From positions 1 to 64,000 of the forward strand of contig JAUCBJ010000065.1 in the NCBI GenBank assembly GCA_032718475.1: 64,000 nucleotides of DNA, in the 5' to 3' direction. Origin of the DNA: Nemertoderma westbladi (lineage: Eukaryota; Animalia; Xenacoelomorpha). This document shows positions 37,133-47,700 of this stretch, piece by piece; within the stretch, counting starts at the first letter, position 1; the number at the start of each line of letters is the position of its first letter. Under the pieces are notes generated by a model, which searched no databases, was not told where the DNA came from, and worked only from the letters and a program-made list of their open reading frames with translations. A program made the position numbers and the translations under genes.

Positions 37133-37300
37133 GCCTATATATGGCCTAATAAGGACTAATATATATATTACAATATTTTTATATTATTGAACGAAGAAAG
37201 GAGAACCTTCTAAATCTAACAATAAAATTACATATTACGGAGTTATTTAAATAGGACTTTGGATTGACATCACAATAGCAAATGGAGCAAAAATAAATTC

Positions 37301-37330
37301 GACCTGGCGAGGATCGAACCCACGTCACCC
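37301..37330 (-). promoter_or_regulatory. tRNA-like T-arm / Pol III B-box next to the satellite array
   Basis: The minus strand reads GGGTGACGTGGGTTCGATCCTCGCCAGGTC followed by a T-rich run. No complete cloverleaf. Confidence 0.45.
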
Positions 37331-37351
37331 AATAACTATAATAGCATATCT

Positions 37352-39763
37352 GGTACAGGCTCCAACCTAGCCTGTACTAGTCCCACTAACTCTGTAGTAC
37401 AGGCTCCAACCTAGCCTGTACTAGTCCCACTAACTCTGTAGTACAGGCTCCAACCTAGCCTGTACTAGTCCTACTAACTCTGTAGTACAGGCTCCACCCT
37501 AGCCCGTACTAGTCCTACTAACTCTGTAGTACAGGCTCCACCCTAGCCTGTACTGGTCCTACTAACTCTGTAGTACAGGCGCCAACCTAGCCTGTAATAG
37601 TCCTACTAACTCTGTAGTACAGGCTCCACCCTAGCCTGTACTGGTCCTACTAACTCTGTATTACAGGGTCCAACCTAGCCCGTACTAGTCCTACTAACTC
37701 TGTAGTACAGGCTCCAAGCTAGCCTGTACTAGTCCTACTAACTCTGTAGTACAGGCTCCACCCTAGCCCGTACTAGTCCTACTAACTCTGTAGTACAGGC
37801 TCCAACCTAGAGCCTGTACTAGTCCTACTAATTCTCTAGTACAGGCTCCACCCTAGCCTGTACTAGTCCTACTAACTCTGTAGTACAGGCTTCACCCTAG
37901 CCCGTACTAGTCCTACTAACTCTGTAGTACAGGCTCCACCCTAGAGCCTGTACTAGTCCTACTAACTCTCTAGTACAGGCTCCACCCTAGCCTGTACTAG
38001 TCCTACTAACTCTGTAGTACAGGCTTCACCCTAGCCCGTACTAGTCCTACTAACTCTGTAGTACAGGCTCCACCCTAGCCCGTACTAGTCCTACTAACTC
38101 TGTAGTACAGGCTCCAACCTAGCCTGTACTAGTCCTATTACTGTAACTCTGTAGTACAGGCTCCAACATAGCCCGTACTAGTCCTACTAACTCTGTAGTA
38201 CAGGCTCCAACATAGCCAGTACTAGTCCTACTACTGTAACTCTGTAGTACAGGCTCCAACATAGCCCGTACTAGTCCTACTAACTCTGTAGTACAGGCTC
38301 CACCCTAGCCCGTACTAGTCCTACTAACTCTGTAGTACAGGCTCCACCCTAGCCTGTACTAGTCCTACTAACTCTGTAGTACAGGCTCCAACCTAGCCTG
38401 TACTAGTCCTACTAACTCTGTAGTACAGGCTCCAACCTAGCCCGTACTAGTCCTACTAACTCTGTAGTACAGGCTCCAACATAGCCAGTACTGGTCCTAC
38501 TAACTCTGTAGTACAGGCTCCAACCTAGCCCGTACTAGTCCTACTAACTCTGTAGTACAGGCTCCACCCTAGCCCGTACTAGTCCTACTAACTCTGTAGT
38601 ACAGGCTCCACCCTAGCCTGTACTAGTCCTACTAACTCTGTAGTACAGGCTCCAACCTAGCCTGTACTAGTCCTACTAACTCTGTAGTACAGGCTCCAAC
38701 CTAGCCCGTACTAGTCCTACTAACTCTGTAGTACAGGCTCCAACCTAGCCCGTACAAGTCCTACTAACTCTGTATTACAGGGTCCAACCTAGCCTGTACT
38801 GGTCCTACTAACTCTGTAGTACAGGCTCCAACCTAGCCCGTACAAGTCCTACTAACTCTGTATTACAGGGTCCAACCTAGCCTGTACTGGTCCTACTAAC
38901 TCTGTAGTACAGGCTCCACCCTAGCCCGTACTAGTCCTACTAACTCTGTATTACAGGGTCCAACCTAGCCTGTACTGGTCCTACTAACTCTGTATTACAG
39001 GGTCCAACCTAGCCTGTACTGGTCCTACTAACTCTGTATTACAGGCTCCAACCTAGCCAGTACTAGTCCTACTAACTCTGTAGTACAGGCTCCAACCTAG
39101 CCCGTACTAGTCCAACTAACTCTGTAGTACAGGGTCCAACCTAGCCTGTACTAGTCCTACTAACTCTGTAGTACAGGCTCCAACCTAGCCTGTACTAGTC
39201 CTACTACTGTAACTCTGTAGTACAGGCTCCAACCTAGCCCGTACTAGTCCTACTAACTCTGTAGTACAGGCTCCAACCTAGCCTGTACTAGTCCTACTAA
39301 CTCTGTAGTACAGGCTCCAACCTAACCCTTACTAGTCCCACTAACTCTGTAGTACAGGCTCCAACCTAGCCTGTACTAGTCCTACTAACTCTGTAGTACA
39401 GGCTCCACCCTAGCCCGTACTAGTTCTACTAACTCTGTATTACAGGCTCCAACATAGCCAGTACTAGTCCTACTAACTCTGTAGTACAGGCTCCAACCTA
39501 GCCTGTACTAGTCCTACTAACTCTGTAGTACAGGCTCCAACCTAGCCCGTACTAGTCCTACTAACTCTGTAGTACAGGCTCCAACCTAGAGCCTGTACTA
39601 GTCCTACTAACTCTCTAGTACAGGCTCCACCCTAGCCTGTACTAGTCCTACTAACTCTGTAGTACAGGCTCCAACATAGCCCGTACTAGTCCTAGTAACT
39701 CTGTAGTACAGGCTCCACCCTAGCCCGTACTATTCCTACTAACTCTGTATTACAGGCTCCAAC
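37352..39763. repeat. 44-bp satellite, segment 1 (~55 units)
   Basis: Unit CTCTGTAGTACAGGCTCCAACCTAGCCTGTACTAGTCCTACTAA, containing an 11-bp inverted repeat TAGTACAGGCT/AGCCTGTACTA. Confidence 0.98.
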
Positions 39764-41999
39764 ACCTTCTGACGAAGTTCCGCACTCAGTCCAACGAGTT
39801 ATGCGATCAGTTAGCGCAGTTGGGCAGGGTAATGTCGCAGTCTCTCGTACCATCCGGTTCCCTGTCAGCTCTATTGTCTGCTCGACTCATCGCGTTGGAC
39901 AAGAATCCAGGCGTCCGGCCCATCGGGATCGGAGAGGTTCTACGGCGGGTTATTGGGAAGGCGGCGATCCGGTGTATTCGCGAGGATCTCGAAGCTGTCG
40001 GCGGGTCCGTGCAGCTATGCCTTGGACAGAAGTCAGCGATCGAGTTCGCTGTCCATAGCCTTAGCCTTAACGATGCCTTTGACCGTGATGGCTGTGATGG
40101 TGTTCTCCAAGTTGATGCCACTAACGCGTTTAAAGCCCTCAACCGCCAGGGGGCGCTTCATAATATCCGCGTGGTGTGTCCCGGACTCCACACAATTGTA
40201 TCAAATTGTTATAGCGAGCCGGCGCGGCTGTTCGTGGATGGGGAAACCTTACTGTCAGAGGAGGGAACGACTCAAGGGGACCCCGTAGCGATGGCCATGT
40301 ATGGGAGTGGGGGAATGCCTTTGATGAACGAGTTGGAACAGGGGTGCACCACGGAGCAGCGGTGGTTCGCGGACGACGGGAACGCAGTGGGGAGTCTAAC
40401 CGAACTCAGAAAGTTCTTCGACATCATCGCAGCGCGGGGGCCGCATTATGGGTATTACCCCACCAAGTACTGCCTCACGGTGAAGTCGGACAGGTTACTG
40501 GAGGCGGAGGAGTTGTTCGCCGGCACCAACATTGCAATTAATATCGTTGGAAGTAAACTTGTCGGTGGCGTCATTGGCACTGAGGAGTTCCGTCTTAGAG
40601 AAGGTCGCAGAGTTCGCAGCCGAGGTCGATCGGCTAGCAGATATAGCCGCGGTGGATCCCCACTGCGCCTACGCAGGACTAGCGTTTGGGCTGGCCTGCC
40701 GGTGGCGGTACATAGCGTGGGTCGTACCAGGGGCGACGGAGCAGTTCGGGAAGCTTGAGGAGTCTGTAGGGCGGTTTCTCTGTCGCCTCACCGACCGGGC
40801 AGTTATTCTGACGGAGGAGCGAGAGTTGTTGTCGCTGCCGGTTCGCGACGGGGGGCTGAATGTCCCGGTCCCTCAGGATCTCGAGTCTCAATACCAGAAC
40901 TCCCGCCGAGTCTGCGAACCGTTCGTAGGGGCCACCGCAGATACGATGTCGGAAGTTCGGGAAGAGCAGATCGACATCATAAAGACGCTCAAAATAGTGA
41001 CAGCAGCTGCAAACAAAGAAAAGAAGGAAGAAGTGTGCAGTAAGCTGCCACAGAATCAACAGCAACTGTGTGATCTAGTGGGAGAGAAAGGAGCTTCAGC
41101 CTGGCTAAACTGTAAACGTATGGCCTTACAGGATACTCACCTCGACAAGGAAGGCTTCCGTGATTCCCTGTGCCTCCGCTACGGGTGGATGCCGCGAAAT
41201 TTACCGTCTCGTTGTGCCTGTGGGCTGCGATTTACTTCGTCCCACGTGCTGTCGTGCCCCACCAGAGGGTTCCACAATGTCAGGGTGGAACCGCTTCTGC
41301 AGCCACTATCGGGTGAGACGTTCAGCCATCGGTCGACATTGACGGACCAGCAGGCGTGGATGTGATACTGGATGTGTCGGTGAGCGGATTCTGGGGAAAC
41401 CGTTTCCGGAAAACTTCATCGACGTCTCTGTCTTCAACCCGCTGGCGGACACCAACGCCACGATGTCCCTTCCGGCATCCCACCTATACCACGAGTCTCG
41501 CAAGAGGCTCAAATACGAAGAGCAGTTGAGGGAGGTGGAGCACGCCAGCTTCACTCCCCTTATATTATCTTCGTTTGGTGGAGCTTCACCGTCAGCCACA
41601 CAGTTTATCAAGCGCCTCGCGTTGAAACTGGCTGACAAACGCGAGGTCCGCTATTCAGAGTGTGTTATGTGGGTTCGCAGGAGGTTGAGTTTCGCCCTTT
41701 TGCGGTCAGCCCTCCTGTGCCTTCGTGGCTGTCGATCAGCTAAGCGGCGTCCGGTTCGGTGCGACGTGGAGTCGATCATCCACAGCAATGCCGACTGCAA
41801 CCTGACGTAGGCGACTGTGGATAACAACCCTCCAAGTTTGGAGGACAGTCAGACAGTATCATATACTAACTGTAGTATTAATTTAACAGTGTATATTTGT
41901 CTGGTTGTTGGTGGTGGTTGCTATGCGATCTGATGTGCATCAGCTGTTTTTACAAGCTTTAATAATAAATATACGGCTAAAACGCCAAAAAAAAAAAAA
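39764..41999 (+). mobile_element. 5'-truncated, frameshifted CRE-like non-LTR retrotransposon (RT, CCHC, RLE), family A
   Basis: TSD TTACAGGCTCCAAC at 39750-39763 and 42000-42013, and poly(A) at 41987-41999. Motifs GVRPIGIGEVLRR, QVDATNAF, GTTQGDP, WFADD, CACG..HVLSC and SFTPLILSSFGG span three ORFs (39820-41810). The RHN segment is deleted. Confidence 0.92.
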
Positions 42000-42443
42000 T
42001 TACAGGCTCCAACCTAGCCCGTACTAGTCCTACTAACTCTGTAGTACAGGCTCCAACCTAGCCAGTACTGGTCCTACTAACTCTGTAGTATAGGCTCCAA
42101 CCTAGCCTGTACTAGTCCTACTAACTCTGTAGTACAGGCTCCACCCTAGCCCGTACTAGTCCTACTAACTCTGTAGTACAGGCTCCAACCTAGAGCCTGT
42201 ACTAGTCCTACTAACTCTGTAGTACAGACTCCACCCTAGCCCGTACTAGTCCTACTAACTCTGTAGTACAGGGTCCAAGCTAGCCAGTACTAGTCCTACT
42301 AACTCTGTAGTACAGGCTCCACCCTAGCCCGTACTAGTCCTACTAACTCTGTATTACAGGGTCCAACCTAGCCTGTACTGGTCCTACTAACTCTTTATTA
42401 CAGGGTCCAACCTAGCCTGTACTGGTCCTACTAACTCTGTATT
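42000..42443. repeat. 44-bp satellite, segment 2 (~10 units)
   Basis: Same unit as segment 1. Confidence 0.98.
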
Positions 42444-43476
42444 CCATAACGATATAGATGTAGTTCCGTCGCTCCGGATTCTCCCACTTGTGGTGGATCG
42501 TCCACTTTCTTTCAACGTCCTTCCAGCGACTCTCTCGCTCACTCTTTATTTCTAATTCCATGTACCCACAATATATTTTATTATAGTCCTGGAATTTCTG
42601 GGGTTTAAAGTCTATACCGCCGTTTAGCACTCCGAGGTAGCCGATACCGGATTTCGTCCGTCTCACCTCTCGGAATCCTCGCATGAATTCGGCGGATCTC
42701 GACCAGGCTAATAGTGTTTGGGTGTCGACGCAATGACTAATGGCGTTGAGATCTTCTTGACGGTTTCTTCCGAAAGGAGCGTTAGCGTAGTCGTTTCGGA
42801 CGTCCGCCTTTATATCCGACCCGATTTTAATGATGTAGAGGTCAAATAGGATCTGTTGGATCTCAGGTGGTAATAGCCAGATCGCACTGGCTGTCCGCAC
42901 CTCCTGTTTGGGTGTCGGAAATATTCGACATACCAACACCAAACCGTCTAGGGTTCCGAGGACGACGACCAAGGATCGACCGTATTCCTTCATCCCATAC
43001 TTCTCCTGGTAGTCGTCACGATTCTGGATAACTGATATACGTTCCTCTCGCAGCGTTGCCGTACACTCCGCTAGGTTTCCCCAGTGGATGAGGTACGTAC
43101 TCTTGTCGTCGACGAAACTTTGGCATTGCGCCAACGTAATTGCTTTCGAGGTGGGCGTCGCGTTTCCCTCGTTGTCGTATATCAAACATCGGGATTTGTA
43201 GACGCTTTGCTGGAACGTTTCCCAGAACGACAACTCATCTCCTCCAGTTGCCTTTGCGTTCCGAGTTCTTTTCAGTCTCGTACTAACATCGGTCAACCGG
43301 AGCTCTCGTAGATTCCGGGAATCTGGTCCCTCTCGCCCGGAGAATTTAACGACTCGCACATTCTCATTTATCAGGGCATTCCATTTTGTATCAAAGTTAG
43401 GGGATCCAGGTTGTGGATATTCCAGTAAATCTATTGTATTAAGTAGTTCGCCGATAATTTGGCGATTTGGGTCCAT
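42412..43476 (-). CDS. DEDDy (RNase D/WRN/mut-7-like) 3'-5' exonuclease ORF, C-terminally truncated; the last ~10 codons come from satellite
   Basis: ExoI CLIYDNEG, then LPPEIQQILFDLYIIKIGSDIKADV (ExoII), CVDTQTLL and KSGIGYL. The ExoIII-like Y-I-V-M-[E] sits exactly at the junction. Confidence 0.75.
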   Translation of the reverse strand: MDPNRQIIGELLNTIDLLEYPQPGSPNFDTKWNALINENVRVVKFSGREGPDSRNLRELRLTDVSTRLKRTRNAKATGGDELSFWETFQQSVYKSRCLIYDNEGNATPTSKAITLAQCQSFVDDKSTYLIHWGNLAECTATLREERISVIQNRDDYQEKYGMKEYGRSLVVVLGTLDGLVLVCRIFPTPKQEVRTASAIWLLPPEIQQILFDLYIIKIGSDIKADVRNDYANAPFGRNRQEDLNAISHCVDTQTLLAWSRSAEFMRGFREVRRTKSGIGYLGVLNGGIDFKPQKFQDYNKIYCGYMELEIKSERESRWKDVERKWTIHHKWENPERRNYIYIVMEYRVSRTSTG

Positions 43477-44045
43477 ATTTTCAATTATGTCCGTTGCAAA
43501 TTAACATCAGTTAATTATAATTCCAGAAAGTTTGATTCTATAGTGACTGCAGAATAATTCAGTTTATTTGTAATTCAGTTTATTAATTATTATTGCTATA
43601 TAGGCATCTACCATCTTATTGCTACTACATTCAGTATTTACAGTTACTATAGCTATACATTAATATCCAACCAGTACTGACTTTTTATGTCCTCTTCTTT
43701 TTCCAATTCTTTTCTTTCTACATTTTATACATTTTTTTTTTGTCTTTTTTCATTTCTCATTTATTATTCATTTCACATTTCATTATTTCATCACATTTCA
43801 TCATTTATTTCCACATTTCATCATTTATTTCCACATTTCGTTTCACATTTATTACACATTTATTTATTTCCATTTCATCATTGGGGTTATAGCCCCCCGG
43901 CTATCATCATTTGTTATAAGCGCAGCACCAGGGTGCGCATCATTACATTTTCATCATCATACGCATCATCATTCAATTTATAGTAGTGTCGTCTGTTTCT
44001 TTTCATCATTTCCAACTACATTCAACCATCTTCTTTGGGAAATTT

Positions 44046-44485
44046 TCGTTGTGGAAGGGGTGTTACGCAGCAATCTGGGATCTACAGCTGGGCTAGTTAC
44101 ACCGCCTACGCCCCAAACTGCACACGTAACGGACAATGAAGACGCTGGAAGTGAAGTCACGTGGAATGCACCAGGGACCCACCAGAATAACACTCCCAAC
44201 AACATAAAGCTCAGCCGACGAAGTCATGTGGGATGGGGTTATGCAACATTCTGGGATCTAATCTAGAGCTGGACTAGTTACACCGCCTACGCCCCAAAAT
44301 CCACGCAACGGTCCCACCAGAATAACGCGACTGAGAAACATAAAACCTCTATCGACGAAGTCATGTGGATGCACCATGGACCCACCAGAATAACGGGATA
44401 GAGGGGGTGTTGCGCGGCAATCCGGGATCTACAGCTGGACTAGTTACACCGCCTACGCCCCGAACTGCGCACGCAACGGACAACA
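44046..44485. repeat. ~175-bp imperfect tandem repeat (x~3) between pol and the exonuclease ORF
   Basis: GCTGG(G/A)CTAGTTACACCGCCTACGCCCC at ~44087, 44268 and 44434. Confidence 0.85.
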
Positions 44486-44754
44486 CAATACAACACAATG
44501 GATACAATGAATTCCACTTCAAATCTTTACCATTTCCAATAATCCAATACAGTTGGTCCTGATGACCAAAATCAGGGTGAACAATACATAAACGACCCTG
44601 CGTCAGTCGAAACATCTGCAGGGTAACGCTGGACTCCACATAACACACGAGGAAACACAAATACCATGCGTGGTTACAGTTGGTTTAAGGGGGGTCCATT
44701 ACTAATTGTCAGTAAATCACATTTAAAAGAGTTTGTCAACAGGATGAGAAGGGT

Positions 44755-47700
44755 TTAAACGGGATTAGCATTGTCACCAATGTCTGCAGCAGGATCCTGA
44801 GTAGGGAACTTATCACCTCTCGTGGAGTCACCACTGTCATTGTCTTCGAGAAAGCACAGCCTCTGGATAGGGCGTTGGTAGTGGCCCTTTGCTGTTCGTA
44901 TAGTCACAGTCCTCGCAAGTCCATCTTTACTTGGAGTTATTGCCACGACTCGCGCCACAGGCCAGTGGACGCGGTCTTTAAGGTCTTCCTTTACTAGCAC
45001 CATGTCGCCAACTGCGACATTCCTATAGGTGTTGTTCCACTTCCTCCTGGTCCGGAGGGTTATGAGGTACTCTTGGGCCCAGATTCTCCACCAATGTGCT
45101 GCCAATGCTTGGGCCTTCTTCCAATTGGTATGTCTCTCGATATCGTTGGGATCCGGAAACATCGTCTCTGGAAGAATATGGGTTTTGGGTCTTCCGAGTA
45201 GATGGTTAGGAGTGAGAGGCTCCAGATCTGTGGGGTCATCACGGATAGGTACGATGGGCCGGTTGTTTAGGGTAGCCGTGATCTCGCAGAATTTTGTGCG
45301 GAGGGTGTCGTGGGTTACCCGGGTGTCTCCTAATGCGACGCGCATGGATCGTTTTACCAAGTCGATGAGTTTCTCCCACACTCCCCTCGTATGGGGTGCT
45401 AAGGGTGTTTGGAAGTGCCACTGTATATGGTGTTCCCTCCAGACTTGGGATGCGGTGTCTTCGGTGAACCATATCCTTCGATCGCCTCTCTAAGTTCTCT
45501 TTCTCCTCCCACGAAGTTTGTACCATTATCGGAGTACATATGACGACATGTTCCATTGTTCGCCACGAACCGACGCAGGGTGTTGATAAATGCGTGTTGC
45601 GTAAGGTTCACCACGATGTCTAGGTAGATTGCCCTAGACCTAAGGCAAGTAAAGATGGCTCCCCAGCATTTGATGTTGGATCGTCGCTCGATGACTGTGA
45701 ATGGTCCGAAACAGTCTACTCCGGTTATGTAGAACGGTGGGGAATCGGACTGTAGACGTGTGGCTGGTAAGTCGGCCATCCTTTGTGTGAGTGGTGGCGC
45801 TAGATATCTTCTGCAGGGAAAACAACGTTTTAACACTTTCCGGATCAGTGGCTGGATGTGGGTGATCCCATATCTTTGCCGTATATTAGCCATAATCCAG
45901 TTCTGTCTCGCGTGGTGGTTTTCCTCGTGACACTGTTGGATTAATAGCTTGGCTAGTGTTGACATTCTGGGCAGAAGCGCTGGGTATTTGACTTCGTATT
46001 CAACCGGGGCGTTTGCCATCCGGGTATTCAGTCGAATCAGTCCATCCTCTCCCATCATTGGTCTCAATTGGTAGACTGGATTGTCCGGTTTCAAGGTCTT
46101 GCCCGCACTGAGTTGTTCCCACTCATCGGGGAAACTTTCTCTCTGGACATATCTAACAATACACTTCTCCGCGATAATGAGTTCTTGTATACTTCTTCGA
46201 ACTATCGGTTTGTTGTTCTTCCACCGCAGGAAGTTGCGAAGGGTTAATACATGGTGGATGAGACGTTTCATTGAGGAGGTTCGCTCTATCAATAGTTGTA
46301 AAGACGCCGCTGGTTGCGTGATAGTCGCGATGTTATAGTGCCTTCCCGAGTCCTTTGCAGGCTCGGTCAGACAACTATAGATCTCCACTGTGGTGCTTCT
46401 ATGGACTTTACGGATCTCCTTGTCGTCTTCGGAGTATTTTCCGCTATCGAGTTCGGGATCGAATCGGGTACTCCAGGTTAATTGTGGCTGCTGTAGAAAT
46501 TCCGGGCCTGTAAGCCAGAGTTTACTTTTACCGAGTTGTTTTGGGGTGGAGCCTCTGCTAGATAAGTCCGCTGGATTTTCTTTCCCGTTCACATGGTGCC
46601 ACTGTTCTCAGCCGGTGCACTGTTTTATCTCTGTGGCTCGGTTCGCTACAAACGTGGTGTGACGCCGTGATGGTGAGTGGAGGTAGTAGAGAACGATACT
46701 CGAATCGACCCAGAAATGTTGCGATTCGATGGGGATTCGTAGGTTCCGCATGACCATGCGGTTCTGTCTCACTGCCCAAACTGCGGCCTGTAGCTCGAGT
46801 CTCGGTATCGTTGCTACGAATTCCCCAGATACTGTCTTAGCCTTGGAAAATAAGAAGCTCGTATCGCCGTTTCCATCCTGACTTAGTCTTCTTAGGAAAG
46901 TGACTACGCCGATTCCGGTATTTGAAGCATCCGAGAAAGTATGGAGCTGGAATATATCGGTGGGTAGTTTATCGAGGAAGAACGGTCGAGGGATCCGCAT
47001 AAGATGTAGATGTTCGAGTTGTTCCGTCCACTATCTCCATTTGACACTGAGGTGTGGGGGGAGTTCTTCCTCCCATCCCAGTCCTTCTATCCACATTTCC
47101 TTGATCAAGTTCATTCTGGCCAATGTTACTGGGGATATGAAGTTTAGTGGATCGAATATAGCACTCTTTATGGACAGACATCCCCTTTTTGTCATGGGCT
47201 TGGGTAGGGGGTTATATTTGAAGATGAATTCATCCAATTCTATGTCCCATTCAATGCTGAGTACACAGTGATCCATATCCTCTGAATACATTTTATTGTT
47301 GTCCAGTCTGATTTCTTCCGGAAACTTTTCCATAAGTTTCTTGTCATGGGATCTGAACTTTACGAGAGGGAAACCTCCTTTCTTTAAACATTCCACCATC
47401 CCCATCGCCAGCTGATATCCATCGTCAACATTATCGGCACCGGCGCATCCGTCGTCCACGTAGAAGCATCGTCGGATGGTTTCTATAACTGTCGGAGGGA
47501 ACTCGTTTTCGTACATAGTCGCTGTTTTCTTCAGCATGTCACTACATGCTACCGGCGAGTCCTGACAATCATGCGCATTACGTCCACATCCTTCAAAGTG
47601 AGTTGACTTATCTCCTGTGGAGTTAATGTTTTATCCGTCCATAATATACGCAGACAGTCTGAGTCTCTTGGTAGCATTCGGACCTGGTGAAACATCGCTT

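Noticed and set aside
37290-37350. Complete tRNA gene
   Set aside because: Only a T-arm/B-box is present; no D-arm, anticodon arm or matching acceptor strand.
42412-43476. env gene of the BEL element
   Set aside because: No signal peptide, transmembrane segment or Cys-rich ectodomain; the motifs fit a DEDDy exonuclease.
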